NCBI GenBank assembly: GCA_963799845.1
Contig: CAWCYI010000006.1
Location: 1 to 64,000, forward strand
Length of the DNA: 64,000 nucleotides
Reading direction: 5' to 3'
Origin: an uncultured Nitrososphaerota archaeon
Lineage (GTDB): Archaea; Thermoproteota; Nitrososphaeria; Nitrososphaerales; CADDZS01
The notes beneath the pieces are model-generated. The model made no database searches. It was not told the origin of the DNA and saw only the letters and a list, made by a program, of their open reading frames with translations. The translations under genes and the position numbers were made by a program. Every line of letters begins with the position of its first letter. The stretch's first letter is position 1. Shown here in pieces: positions 20,253 through 31,258 of the stretch.

Positions 20253-21306
20253 CTAACCTACCGAAAATATCCCAACTCCTGGTGCGTTGAACACGATTAT
20301 CGTGATTATGAGTAAGATCAAGGAATGCCTCAACCCCGCGGAGGATGAACCATCAACTATCTTCCCCGCAACTATTCCGCCAAAGAGGGACTCGAAGATT
20401 CCCGCGAGGAAGAATATTGATTCGAAGTAGACCGGTGATATTTTGCTAAGGTTGAATGAGAAATGACCTCCACCACTTCCAAAACTATTCTGACCCTGGG
20501 TTGCCAGAGGTAGTTTGTTCAGAGGTCCGATGAATTGCGCAGTAATTATCAGGGCAATCACCAAGAAGATCACAACCGAGATGTAGACCAGCTGAGTGTA
20601 CGGCCTCAGCTCCGATTGTTTTTCCTCAGTATATTGTTCGAGTCCGTTGAAAAGGACGACGCTGGAGTTCAGTACATCGTGCATCCTCCCGCCGGATGAG
20701 TAAGCTTCGACAATCACAAGTCCTACCTGAATCATGTAAGGGTGTTTCAGACTTCGCGCAGGCTTCCATCACTGATTCCTTGAAATCGTATCCCAGAGAG
20801 AACTTGGTCATTGCGATTCCAATCTCGCTCGAAATTGGACCATAGTCGGAGGTTGAAGCGCGGATTAGTGCGGTTGGCAGAATTATGCCAGAGTCGGTGC
20901 TCTCCAAGATGTCCCGGAGGAAACGGGGAATGTTCTTTTCGACTGACTTCACGTACCTGTAATTATTGATCGAAACATAAGTGACCGGGATCAGAGCAAT
21001 TACGACCCCCAGACCGATTACGGTGTCGGTGAAAGAAGCGCTCGCGGCATGTGGTATTACCCAGGGCTGATGAAACAGCGTCCAGGGAGTTCCGTCGGCC
21101 CTAGTTCCGTTCCCCGATGGGATGATGTAGGGCAGCTGCGGTTTGTATTTGCCAACTGTGAATCCGATTGCAATGCTCAGGATCATCGTGATCCCGGCTC
21201 CAATGTAAGAAGCGTATTTCCAGTCGCTCTCGAAGTATCGCATCTTCTTCTTTCGAGCGCTTGCGGCGTCTTTCCGTTGTCTTTGCTGTAATCTTGTTTC
21301 TGCCAT
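20253..21306 (-). CDS. Type II secretion system F-family (TadC/FlaJ-like) membrane protein (frameshift at about 20751)
   Basis: IPRFLRDI.E...G..LP.A...DYGP.S.EI joins LIVEAYSSGG and GIVAGKIVDG...GLRH across a +1 shift. Confidence 0.85.
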
Positions 21307-21312
21307 CTTATA

Positions 21313-22440
21313 CTACGCCTTTGAAACTACCGAGTCTAGGAGCAGGATGAACATCACTGAAAGTACCGGGATTCCGATGAAAACTATGAGATTGATGATG
21401 GAAATAGGATCGGGAAGACCACCCGACGGTAACAGCCCAAAAATCGCCATCATCACGATGAAAATAATGGGACCGACAACCACGATAGTAATGTAAAGTT
21501 CTGCCATCACGGCGAGGCTACCTATCGTTTTTCGAAGTTTGTCCCTCTTCTCCTGCAACAATCTTGCAGATTCAAACATCACTAGATCGTGAATGGATCC
21601 CGTCGTCTTGCTAGCGATCGACATGCTGTCGAGCATCTTAGAGAATGCCTCCGATGGGGAATGCTGAGCAACCTCGGTGAGGGCTGTCTCGGTGTCCAGT
21701 CCGAAAACCTTGATGTTTCTCAGGAATCGCTTCGCAAGGTCGGCGAGAACGGGATTTGACTCCGAGAAAGCAATCCTTTCGAACAATCGCTCCAGGTTCA
21801 TTCCGGAGGCTGCAAGAACTCCCAAGATTCCGAACGAGTATGCGAGCTGGTTTTCCAGCTTCGACCTATAGCTACGCTTTCTGATGAGAGGATAAGACAA
21901 CCAGATGACAAGAGTAATTCCGAAGACAGTTCCCGATAATATCGTACTGCCAAGTACCGATAGGAGAATTTCAGAATGCGGGAATGTTTTGATTTCAATT
22001 ATGAATGAAATCGCAAACGCGGGTATTGTCAAGAGGATGCTGAGCAGGAATCCGGTGGAAATGTACGCTTCGTAAATGAGGGGTATCCCTGATTGTCCAT
22101 AAGCCTCTTTGAATTCGCTAAAAGCTGGAAGGTGGCTTGAAAGCACGTTATAGCCAAATCTCTCGAATGCGTTCCTAGATCTGACCGGGATCGCCTGCTT
22201 GCTTTCCTTTTTCTCTTCCTTCTTGCCAAATCCATTCCAGAACTTTCCTTTTTTTGTTTCCTTTGACTCTTCTGCGCTCTCCGTCACCTGGATCTGGCGA
22301 TCTTCGTCGATATCTTGCTCGATAACGTTCTTGACAGCTGAACGTCGAAAGAGCCGCGAGCCCTTTTTCTTTTCTGGTGGAGCAGAATCTTCGTCCTTTT
22401 TCTTCGAACGAGAAAATGGATTTCTAATTTTGATTTTCAT
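21313..22440 (-). CDS. Type II secretion system F-family (TadB-like) membrane protein
   Basis: VLAASGMNL, FGLD...AL..VA..SPS, MAELYIT. Confidence 0.85.
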   Translation of the reverse strand: MKIKIRNPFSRSKKKDEDSAPPEKKKGSRLFRRSAVKNVIEQDIDEDRQIQVTESAEESKETKKGKFWNGFGKKEEKKESKQAIPVRSRNAFERFGYNVLSSHLPAFSEFKEAYGQSGIPLIYEAYISTGFLLSILLTIPAFAISFIIEIKTFPHSEILLSVLGSTILSGTVFGITLVIWLSYPLIRKRSYRSKLENQLAYSFGILGVLAASGMNLERLFERIAFSESNPVLADLAKRFLRNIKVFGLDTETALTEVAQHSPSEAFSKMLDSMSIASKTTGSIHDLVMFESARLLQEKRDKLRKTIGSLAVMAELYITIVVVGPIIFIVMMAIFGLLPSGGLPDPISIINLIVFIGIPVLSVMFILLLDSVVSKA

Positions 22441-23995
22441 TTTGCCAGTCTTCACCGAGTCGCGCCATTTCATAGACTTCCGTCGGATTATAGTAGTACA
22501 GTCGGATTATGTCAGATACATCCTTATACGTTCTAATCTTCTTATTGAGCATCCACTCCAATATCTGTTGTTTCCTCTCCATTTCGGAGTAAACTTCTTC
22601 TTCAGGAAGGTGTTTTGCATCTGCTATCTGCTTGAACACGTTGCTCTGCCCCTTCATGTCGAAGGTATCTTTCAACTCGCCAGTCCACTCGAAAAGTGTG
22701 TTCAGCTGAGTGCTGTGAGCTTGCTCGTTGAATGCGATAACCTCGCTGACGTTGACTGATCTCCTCGCAAACTTTTCTCCGATCTTCACCCTCGACATCA
22801 TCACGAGGGTGCTCATCAGCGGGAGCAACATACCCGGGATGTCCATCGGTTTTGTCAGCATTCGCTTTACCGCGGTTGAGACGCTGTCAGCGTGAATAGT
22901 GGAAATACCGCCGTGGCCGGTCGAGATTGCCTGAAGCAGGGTGTATGCTTCCTCGCCCCTGATTTCTCCGACGATGATATAGTCGGGTCTCTGCCTCAGA
23001 GCGGATTTTAGCAGGTCGTAGAGGCCGAGCTCAGCGACTCCAGACTGAGTGGACTCTCTCGTGACCATGGGAATCCAGTTCTGGTGCGGTAGCTTGACTT
23101 CCCTGAGCTCTTCAATCGTTATGATCTTCATCTCGGGTTTGATGAACATCGCGAGAGCGCCCAGAGTTGTAGTCTTGCCGGAAGCTGTCGCTCCGACGAT
23201 CAAGAGTGATTTCAGGTTTTCAATGCAGATCCAAAGGTATGCACCTATCCGCGGAGAGATCGTCCCCCACAACATTAGATCGACAATGGTGGGTGGTTCT
23301 TCACGGAATTTTCTGATCGTAAATGTCGATCCTCGCTTTGAAACCTCGTCCAGCGTAAGGTGCGTCCGGAATCCTTCTGGAAGACTGCCCTCCAGTATCG
23401 GCTGTGCCACTGTTATCTGCCCGCCGGATTTGTACGCGAGTCGAATGATGAATGAAGCCAGTTCTTCCTTTACTGCAAACTGGACGTTCGTAGGGATGCT
23501 TTCGTAATCACGGTGCCAGACGTAGATCGGGATACCGACTCCGTCGCAGGAAATGTCCTCGATCCTCGGATCGCGCATGAGTACGTCGATTCTTGAGTAG
23601 CCGAGAAAATCTCTTTTGAGGTAGTACAGTACTTTGTCCTGAGCGTCCTTCTTGATGTCCAGCTTGTAATCCTTAATCAGCCGTGAAGTGTTTAGATCAA
23701 GGTATTTCTCGACCTGGTCCTGTCCATAAATGACAGACAATGGCGCTTTCACTTCTTCGAGCAGCAGCTTCTTCAGGCGCTCGATCTTCCTTTTCTCATC
23801 CTCGTCCAGAGTGGGTTCGATCACTTCGTAGGTCGTGACGTTCGATTGTGATCTGATTGCCACGTTGCCGAACGGCGGATTGACCTCGTAAAAATCGCGG
23901 AGTACAGCTTCGCTGTCGTTGTAAGAGCGTGAAAGGGCAGCTTTGGTTACCGCTTTTGCCCTTTCGCTTCCAAGATCAAGCGGTCGGTTGCTCAA
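22424..23995 (-). CDS. Type II/IV secretion (Tad/FlaI-like) ATPase
   Basis: IEDISCDG, FTIRKF, Walker A GATASGKTT, LRQRPDYIIVGEIRGEEA, TGHGG.STIHA. Confidence 0.93.
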   Translation of the reverse strand: MSNRPLDLGSERAKAVTKAALSRSYNDSEAVLRDFYEVNPPFGNVAIRSQSNVTTYEVIEPTLDEDEKRKIERLKKLLLEEVKAPLSVIYGQDQVEKYLDLNTSRLIKDYKLDIKKDAQDKVLYYLKRDFLGYSRIDVLMRDPRIEDISCDGVGIPIYVWHRDYESIPTNVQFAVKEELASFIIRLAYKSGGQITVAQPILEGSLPEGFRTHLTLDEVSKRGSTFTIRKFREEPPTIVDLMLWGTISPRIGAYLWICIENLKSLLIVGATASGKTTTLGALAMFIKPEMKIITIEELREVKLPHQNWIPMVTRESTQSGVAELGLYDLLKSALRQRPDYIIVGEIRGEEAYTLLQAISTGHGGISTIHADSVSTAVKRMLTKPMDIPGMLLPLMSTLVMMSRVKIGEKFARRSVNVSEVIAFNEQAHSTQLNTLFEWTGELKDTFDMKGQSNVFKQIADAKHLPEEEVYSEMERKQQILEWMLNKKIRTYKDVSDIIRLYYYNPTEVYEMARLGEDWQNENQN

Positions 23996-24138
23996 GCTGC
24001 CGATCCAGACTCCGGAGTGGGAAGGGGAACCGCTAAAATTGCTTGAGAATCGAAAATAAGAAAGAGAGTAGACACTATTTTTGACATTATTCCTTGATCG
24101 AGACCGGGATGAGAAATATTAACCTGCTTGCGTTCTCA

Positions 24139-24426
24139 TCACTGGTTCGACCCACCGCGGGAAAACCGTTCGGTTGACTTCGGTACGTACTCCATATCCT
24201 TCGCAGCTTTTCCCCTCCCGTCGAGCATTTCGTCGAGCCCGCGCCTTGCCGATGAGATGCTCTGAATGGTCTCAGAGGACAATCTGTTGACCACCTGGAT
24301 TGTCTCTGAAAGGCTGAATTTGCGGTTGTATGCCTGCTCGAGTATTTTTTTCGTGCTCAGGAGAGCATTGTATACCTCTAGGTCAACTCTTATGCTTGTA
24401 TATCTACTTTGCATATTTTCAGGCAT
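24139..24426 (-). CDS. Small putative ribbon-helix-helix DNA-binding protein
   Basis: YTSIRVDLEVYNALL...SLSETI resembles RHH/VapB-like N-termini. Confidence 0.5.
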   Translation of the reverse strand: MPENMQSRYTSIRVDLEVYNALLSTKKILEQAYNRKFSLSETIQVVNRLSSETIQSISSARRGLDEMLDGRGKAAKDMEYVPKSTERFSRGGSNQ

Positions 24427-24486
24427 GATAGTTATGCAGTCACAGTTATAGAACTAAATTATATAAGTTTTGTATGCAAACATAAA

Positions 24487-24705
24487 ATGCATCCAAAAGT
24501 AAAACTCGACGACGGAACGGTCGTTACCATAATAGACCTGCCGGCTAGAAACGGAATGCTTGCGAGAGTGCTGGGAAGAGTAACGAGAAGATACATGATC
24601 GAGCTCTTCGAGACCGGCGAGAAGTTAGTCGTGGAAAGATCCCAAATTCGAAAAAACGCGATGCACCACCTGAACAACCCGCAGCACCGCGAAACTATTG
24701 GCTAG
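24487..24705 (+). CDS. Small hypothetical protein
   Basis: ATG at 24487 just after a TATA-like TTATATAA; 72 aa. Confidence 0.5.
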   Translation: MHPKVKLDDGTVVTIIDLPARNGMLARVLGRVTRRYMIELFETGEKLVVERSQIRKNAMHHLNNPQHRETIG

Positions 24706-26147
24706 ACTATCGGGATTAATCCCAGTTTACCAGCTGCAGTGGAGTCTCTAATTACTCCGTGGAGCACCGATAGAGGTTTCGCCGTGCACAGTACCGGCGT
24801 CCCGTGGATCATCTCCAGCCTCATGTCGCTGTCGGAGAATGCCCTGAGCTCCGCCAACAGTTTTACGCTCGGACTTGCCAACTGAACTCTGATGTTTCCC
24901 CTACTTTTCAGTTCGGCGACCGATTCTGTAAGGTCTTTTGAAATTGCATCCGCCCCGTATAGTCCTTCAAACGCGTCCTGTGCCTGGACTATCAGAACGG
25001 CTTTGTTTGGATTTCTCTTCTGCATCTCATCGAGCTTCGAGCTTATAAGCTTCATGTCAAACTGAATATCTCCTTGAAGCGATGACGCCTTCTTCGCCTC
25101 GGAAGAATCATAGCTGAGGACTGTAATTGCTCTCTCGATTGTCTGGTCGGAAAGGTTCGGGAGTATTTCAGAAAGTTCTTCCTTGGAGACTCCCACGAAC
25201 GGTATGTACAGAACTCCGTGTCCGGTGTTCACAAAGTTCGATAGTAAAGTTCGCAGGAAAAGAGCCTTAACCTCATCGGGCACGTCGTCACCCGTTTCCA
25301 TCAGATTGAAGCTTCCGCGCCTGAATCCTCCCCCGAGCAAAACGTCAAGCGTAGCACTTCCCGAGGAAAACATGTTCCCCTTCGATTCGATTGGAGATCC
25401 CACCTGATCCGCACCTTGCTTTTTCACAAAACCGCCGAAGGGCGGCAGATACCTGAACTTGCCCGAATCAAGCGTGAATAGAAATCTGGATTGCATGATG
25501 CTTACGCCGCGAAGTTTCTTCAACTCTATTTCCCGAACTATCCTTCCTTGATGGTACTTCCTCCGTAAAACGACGACGCCATCCAGCAAGTAATCGAGAT
25601 CGGTCTGCTCGCGCCTCTCGGTGACTACCACAAACCTCGCATCGTAATCCTCGACCAGCTTCGAGATTTCCTCGACGCCGAGGGTGTGTGACTCGAAGAA
25701 TAGCCCCTCCCAGCTGTCCAGTACGACGAACGGATTAGACACCTGCTCCAGGTACTGCCTCAATCCCGAGATAGCTCGGACCCCATCCATCCTCCTTGAA
25801 TCCTGAAAGCCGATCTGCTGCTCCTCCAGCCTCGGTACAGTCCCGTACTTACCCTGCACGACCTCAAAATGAGGCTGGTGGCTCTTCAGGGTCTTCGCTG
25901 AAAGCCTCGTTGACTGGTACACCGACTTGAAACCGTTTTTCGAGTGGTAGTCGAGCAATTGAAGTACCAGAGAGGTCTTTCCCGTTCCGGGATCCCCGCG
26001 GATCAGGACTGACCTGCCGCCGGTTGTGAAGAAATCTAGGAGATAAGTTGATGCGACTTCCAGGGAAGAATCGTCACTCTTCGGAGCATTTGCCTCTGCC
26101 TGCTGGCTTCTCGGAGGCTGCCGTCGAGAGAACCTGTCTTCACTCAA
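24702..26147 (-). CDS. GvpD/KaiC (RAD55)-like double P-loop ATPase
   Basis: GDPGTGKT, VVLDSW, LDYLLDGVVVL, KLRG; degenerate second domain SSG..LD.LLGGGFRRGS. Confidence 0.8.
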   Translation of the reverse strand: MSEDRFSRRQPPRSQQAEANAPKSDDSSLEVASTYLLDFFTTGGRSVLIRGDPGTGKTSLVLQLLDYHSKNGFKSVYQSTRLSAKTLKSHQPHFEVVQGKYGTVPRLEEQQIGFQDSRRMDGVRAISGLRQYLEQVSNPFVVLDSWEGLFFESHTLGVEEISKLVEDYDARFVVVTERREQTDLDYLLDGVVVLRRKYHQGRIVREIELKKLRGVSIMQSRFLFTLDSGKFRYLPPFGGFVKKQGADQVGSPIESKGNMFSSGSATLDVLLGGGFRRGSFNLMETGDDVPDEVKALFLRTLLSNFVNTGHGVLYIPFVGVSKEELSEILPNLSDQTIERAITVLSYDSSEAKKASSLQGDIQFDMKLISSKLDEMQKRNPNKAVLIVQAQDAFEGLYGADAISKDLTESVAELKSRGNIRVQLASPSVKLLAELRAFSDSDMRLEMIHGTPVLCTAKPLSVLHGVIRDSTAAGKLGLIPIV

Positions 26148-26370
26148 TTTAGATGAGACGCCCCAATAAGCTCGAACGAGATCGCCAAGCTATCCGAACC
26201 ATACTGCTCAATGAAGAGTTTCAATTTTATTTCCGACAGCCGACATCTGCAGGCCGCCGGCGTGAATATAAATGCGTATTCCGGTTTCGAATGCGATTCC
26301 TTTAACATTACACTTCAAAAAAAGTGATCCCTGATCTCGAAATAATTTCCTCTCGCGGGCAGCTTCACAA

Positions 26371-27114
26371 ATGATTCTCGACAACTATGGAATTTATCTC
26401 ATCAATTTTACGGTAGCGGGCATCATGCTCCTCTTAACCTCCTACCTTGATCTCAAAAAGCGCGAGGTCGAAGACAAGGTGTGGGTGATCTTCGGGATCA
26501 TCGGTCTTGTTCTACAGGTCTACGAGGTCGCGAATGGACAAACTAATCTCGTGCAGCTACTAATCGGGGTGGGACTGGGCGCGCTCGTGGGAATGGGGCT
26601 TTATTTCTTCGGCTTTTACGGCGGTGCGGACGGGAAAGCTCTGGTCGTTCTCGGATTGCTCGTTCCCCACTTTGTCCCTCGGGTCGGTTTGTATTCCGTC
26701 GCGCCTCTCATGATTCTCACGAACGGCGTCTTGATATCGATTCTACTCCCGCTCGGTCTGCTCATTTACAATATCTCGATGGTTCTCAAGAAAAAGCCGA
26801 TCTTCGAGGGATTTGACGAGCCGCTTTATCGAAAGGTTCTCGCTTCGTTGCTCGGCTACCGACAGACCGGAAAGCCGAGGGATTTTCAGTTTTCGATGGA
26901 AAAAACCGTCCCCAGTTCCGAACCCGGGGGGAAGGAAACCAAAAAGTTTGACTTTTCTCTCATGCGGGACGATTTTGAGACCAAGGGCGATACCTGGGTA
27001 ACTCCCGGCATCCCGCTCCTAGTTTTCTTTACCGCAGGGTACTTTTTCCTCCTCTTTTACGGGGACCTCGTGATCGGGCTCATTCAGTTTGTGTCAAAGC
27101 TCTTCGGGTTCTAA
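26371..27114 (+). CDS. Prepilin/preflagellin peptidase (A24 family)
   Basis: SYLDLKKREV, GGADGKAL and C-terminal WVTPGIPLL. Confidence 0.9.
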   Translation: MILDNYGIYLINFTVAGIMLLLTSYLDLKKREVEDKVWVIFGIIGLVLQVYEVANGQTNLVQLLIGVGLGALVGMGLYFFGFYGGADGKALVVLGLLVPHFVPRVGLYSVAPLMILTNGVLISILLPLGLLIYNISMVLKKKPIFEGFDEPLYRKVLASLLGYRQTGKPRDFQFSMEKTVPSSEPGGKETKKFDFSLMRDDFETKGDTWVTPGIPLLVFFTAGYFFLLFYGDLVIGLIQFVSKLFGF

Positions 27115-27251
27115 CAATAGCAGGAATCCGCCAGCCGAACTCGGCGTTTCGAGCTCTGTAAGCTCAGAAGAGCTTGAAACGAGCTGTCCGAATTGAACAG
27201 ATCTCAACAGAAAAATATGATCGAGATTCCCCGAGCGATCCTGTCCAGAAA

Positions 27252-27701
27252 TTATTCGCTAGATGACGAAACTAACTGCACATTCAGATTTCGTATGTTA
27301 AGCTTCTTCTTCTTCGATTCCGGCTCTTCTTCCTCTTCTTCTACTTTTTCTCTGGTAGTCATGTCTTTGCCTGTCCAGATCAAAACTCCCAGATCCAGGA
27401 TGAAGAGAATTCCGTTGATGAAACCCGATGCGACTACCGTTGCGTTCGTGTTCACGACCGTAAAATCCGATGCAAGCTGCACGAGCAGGACGAACATGGA
27501 GAAGGCAGCGGTCGCAAGCCGCCACGGCGCCGCGAAAAACAGGTCTTTTTCGAAGGAAAGACCCACAGCGATAAAACACAAGATCGCACCAATTACCGTA
27601 TACGGAGACCCTTGATTGATGCCAGCCACGATCAGGAAGTAGACGCCGGTCACGATGAGCACTATATTCGGAATGCTCAAAAGCTGCTTGCTGGCCGACA
27701 T
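27252..27701 (-). CDS. Hypothetical four-TM membrane protein
   Basis: Four hydrophobic helices and a charged tail. Confidence 0.65.
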   Translation of the reverse strand: MSASKQLLSIPNIVLIVTGVYFLIVAGINQGSPYTVIGAILCFIAVGLSFEKDLFFAAPWRLATAAFSMFVLLVQLASDFTVVNTNATVVASGFINGILFILDLGVLIWTGKDMTTREKVEEEEEEPESKKKKLNIRNLNVQLVSSSSE

Positions 27702-27866
27702 TGAAGATCCAGGACATTCGCTCGAAAATCGCCCTTAAAGCGTTTATCCCGATGTCGGCGAATTTTTGAAAATCGGGGAATTCTTCACGCCAGATGTCAA
27801 AATCGCACCGATGTAACAAAGCACTTATTGAACCCCGTGGAATGTTGTACCGGTCAAATTTCTAAG

Positions 27867-28521
27867 ATGTTCAGTGGAGAAGCTGAGATTCAAGCTGAGA
27901 AGGAAAACTCTAGCGGTTCTTCAAGATGAGGTGAGACGCGTTCTCGAAGCATCTCGTGAGCTGGTTCAGCTCTACGGAGCCTTGCAGAAAAGCGATACTG
28001 CCGGCGTTCAGTCGTCCGTTGAGCGCGTGCGAAAAGCCGAGGAAGACACCGAGCAGCTTCGAAGGATGCTTACTCGGGAGCTTGCAGAGATTGGTACCAT
28101 GATGATAAACCGCGAGGATTTTTTGCGGACTGCCTACAACGTGGAGGAGATGTCGGGCTACATCGCAGGAGTTGCGTTCAAGATCTCCCAGATGAAATTT
28201 TCCACGATAAAGAAGGCCGGGATTGCCGACGATCTTCGTGACTTGATTGACATGGCGGTCGAGTCTGTGCAGCGACTGAACGAGGTTGTTAGAGCGCTCG
28301 CGATAAATCCGATCCACGCGATTGATCTTTCAAACTCTGTCCAGAAGCTCGAGAGGCAGGTCGATGACAAGTATCGTGTGTTGACTAGCAAGATAATGTC
28401 AGAAATCGATTCATTCAAAGAACTCTTGCTACTGCGGGACATTGTTCAGGGAATCGAAGATCTCGTGGACAACTGCCTGAGCGCAACCGACTCGATTACA
28501 ATACTGGCACTTGGTCTGTGA
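27867..28521 (+). CDS. DUF47/PhoU-like phosphate transport regulator (probable +1 frameshift at about 27897)
   Basis: MFSGEAEIQA joins RRKTLAVLQDE after one extra G; NREDFLR and KLERQVD.KYR helical repeats. Confidence 0.8.
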
Positions 28522-28531
28522 TTCTTCGTCG

Positions 28532-29071
28532 ATGCGTGCCGAGCTTATAGAGAACAGACTCGTAGTGTGGGACATCGAAGATTCCCGTAAACTGTTCTCT
28601 TCTGGATTTTTCGGAAAACCCATCGGGATACCGAAACCGAGACAAAATGAGTTTGACGTGCCGATCATACTCGATCTTTTCGAAGGTTACTACCTTTCTT
28701 CGAAGTCCCAGATCCAGATTTTCCAAGAAGGAAAAAAAGTCTCCCAGGATAAATATGATCGAATCTGCAAGGAAGCGGTATTCCAGTTCAAAGAAAAGCT
28801 GATGGTATACACTAAACTGAGAGAGGCAGGATTCGTAGTCACGCCTGGAGTGAAGTTCGGGGCAGATTTTGCAGCCTATGAACGCGGGCCCGGTCTTGAT
28901 CACGCTCCCTACCTTGTTCGCGTGTCAATCCCCTCAAACAAGATGACGGCAACTGACATTGTTCTGGCCGGACGGCTTGCCACGACCGTTCGAAAGCAGT
29001 TCATCATCGCAATTGCCGATCCAGCGAAAGAGGACGTCTCTTTTATTGGCTTTGACTGGTGGCGCGCGTAA
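28532..29071 (+). CDS. endA: tRNA-intron endonuclease, catalytic subunit
   Basis: GFFGKP, VYTKLREAGFVV.PG.KFGADFAAYERGPG.DHAPYLV, GRLATTVRK. Confidence 0.92.
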   Translation: MRAELIENRLVVWDIEDSRKLFSSGFFGKPIGIPKPRQNEFDVPIILDLFEGYYLSSKSQIQIFQEGKKVSQDKYDRICKEAVFQFKEKLMVYTKLREAGFVVTPGVKFGADFAAYERGPGLDHAPYLVRVSIPSNKMTATDIVLAGRLATTVRKQFIIAIADPAKEDVSFIGFDWWRA

Positions 29072-29077
29072 ACTTTC

Positions 29078-29600
29078 TCAAATGACTATACTGTAGTTTT
29101 CCTTCACGCTGTTTAGGACTATGCTGGTCACTGCGCGCTCGACAAAATCCATCGCAAGTACTTCCTTGATGAATTTGTCCATCAAGCTTGAAGTAGAGAA
29201 TTTGCCGACGAGCGCGATGTCAAAGTCTCCCGTTATGTCGTAGACCAGGCAGACGTTTGCGAATCTGGAAAGTTTTGTTTCGACGTCCCGAAGGTGTTTC
29301 CCCTTCGCTTGAAGTAAAATCAGTGCTGTGATGTCGTAGCCCAATTTCGAATAATTGATGTCAACTGAAAATCCTCTGATCACTTTCAGCTTCTTCGAGT
29401 TTCTTAACTCGCGAGTGCACCGTTCCGACGGAGATCTTGAGCTTTCTTGCAATATCACGATAACTGGATCGCGCATCGTCCTGCAACGCTCGAAGAATTT
29501 CTATGTCCAACGGTTCGGTGACTATTTCGGAAGCTTTTTTTCTTCCTGAATTTTTTGTGCGAGCAAAATTCCGTTCAGCGATAAGTGAGCGTATCACCAT
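29078..29600 (-). CDS. Lrp/AsnC-family regulator (frameshift at about 29388)
   Basis: HTH ILRALQDDARSSYRDIARKLKISVGTVHSRVKKLEE continues as VIRGFSVDINYSKLG...VYDITGDFD in another frame; start uncertain. Confidence 0.85.
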
Positions 29601-29685
29601 TTGTCCAATTTAACTATATCTTGTTAGACAACCGTACGAATCCATTATCATTAAATAACCATCTAAGCAGCCATTTCTTAATTGG

Positions 29686-31176
29686 GTGTTCATTCGTCAA
29701 TTGCCATATTCTAGAGAAGGCGGAAAGCTGAAACCAAGAAAATATACCCAGTCGGACGTAATTTCAAAAATGCAGGAAGAGAAGGTCAAGTTTGTAGATC
29801 TGCAATTCACAGACGTTCCCGGTCGATTGCAACACGTGACCGTTCCGGTAGAATCGCTCGATGAAGATGCCTTCAAGGATGGTGTTCCCAAGCTGGACGG
29901 CAGCTCGATCAGGGGATTTACGGACATTCACGAATCGGATATGGTTCTTTTGCCCGATCCTGTGACCTATGGAACTCTTCCGTGGAGCCCGGATCCGCTG
30001 AAAACTGGACGAATGATTTGTGATGTTTCCAGGGGATTCGGCATGGGTCGGTTTTTCAGAGATCCAAGATGGATAGCCCAGCGCGCGGAAGAGGAGGCAA
30101 AAAAACAGGGATACGATACGACTTACTGGGGTCCCGAGATCGAGTTTTTCGTTTTTGACAAAGTAAGCTGGGACGTTTCAACACCCTACAAGACGCAATC
30201 ATACACCATTGAATCCAGAGAGGCGGCCTGGAATCCGGGAGTTGGAGCCAACAATAGTCCGCCGATCCGGTTCAAAGAAGGATACTTTCCGGCAGCACCT
30301 CAGGATTCCCTCCAGGATTTCAGAAGCGAGTGCGTCAGCGTGCTTGGAAACAATTTCGGCATAATAAACGACGCACACCACCACGAAGTGGCTACAGCCG
30401 GGCAGTGCGAGATTGACATGAGGTACGACACTCTAACCAACATGGGTGACGCCGCGATGACGTACAAGTATGTCATCAAGAACGTCGCTGCAAAGAACGG
30501 AATGGTTGCAACTATGATGCCGAAACCGATCTTTTTGGATAATGCATCCGGTATGCACGTTCACGTCTCGCTCTGGAAAGACGGGACGAATCTAATGTTT
30601 GACGAAAAAGATGGTTACGCGGAACTGAGCCAGTTAGGTCGTTACTTCGGCGGCGGTCTGATCGAACATGCGAGATCTCTCGCCGCGATCACCAACCCAA
30701 CTACGAATTCTTACCGCAGGCTCGTTCCCGGATTTGAGGCCCCTGTATACATTGCTTGGAGCCGGCAAAATCGTTCGGCGAATATCAGAATTCCTGTGAA
30801 CATGAAGGGAGCAAAGTATTCCAGTCGCAAGAGGCTCGAGTACAGAACGCCCGATACCGCCGCAAACCCTTACCTGTGCTTTGCTGCGATTCTTTCCGCC
30901 GGACTGGATGGAATCAAGAAAAAGAGCGAGATTGGCAACCCCGTGGACGAAGACATTTACAAGCTGTCTCCCGAACGCAGAAGATCTCTTGGAATAAAGG
31001 AACTTCCGGGTTCTCTCAAAGAGGCTCTCGACTGCCTTAGTTCAGACCATGAGTTTCTGAAACCCATATTCACTCAGGAAATAATCCATTCTATAATAGA
31101 GAACGGGATGAAGGAGTTCGGAGAAATCTCCCGAAGACCACATCCGTACGAGTTTTACCTATACTTCGATATCTAA
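29686..31176 (+). CDS. glnA: Glutamine synthetase type I
   Basis: DGSSIRGF, GPEIEFF, HHEVATAGQCEI, MPKP..LDNASGMHVH, RLVPGFEAP, NRSA.IRIP; start may be a few codons downstream. Confidence 0.96.
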   Translation: MFIRQLPYSREGGKLKPRKYTQSDVISKMQEEKVKFVDLQFTDVPGRLQHVTVPVESLDEDAFKDGVPKLDGSSIRGFTDIHESDMVLLPDPVTYGTLPWSPDPLKTGRMICDVSRGFGMGRFFRDPRWIAQRAEEEAKKQGYDTTYWGPEIEFFVFDKVSWDVSTPYKTQSYTIESREAAWNPGVGANNSPPIRFKEGYFPAAPQDSLQDFRSECVSVLGNNFGIINDAHHHEVATAGQCEIDMRYDTLTNMGDAAMTYKYVIKNVAAKNGMVATMMPKPIFLDNASGMHVHVSLWKDGTNLMFDEKDGYAELSQLGRYFGGGLIEHARSLAAITNPTTNSYRRLVPGFEAPVYIAWSRQNRSANIRIPVNMKGAKYSSRKRLEYRTPDTAANPYLCFAAILSAGLDGIKKKSEIGNPVDEDIYKLSPERRRSLGIKELPGSLKEALDCLSSDHEFLKPIFTQEIIHSIIENGMKEFGEISRRPHPYEFYLYFDI

Positions 31177-31258
31177 AAAGTTCGTGGAACAAGCTTCAGC
31201 GGAATTTTTTCCGAATTTCGGCCGCTGAAAATCTTTTTCTGAATCGGTTTGATCAGAA

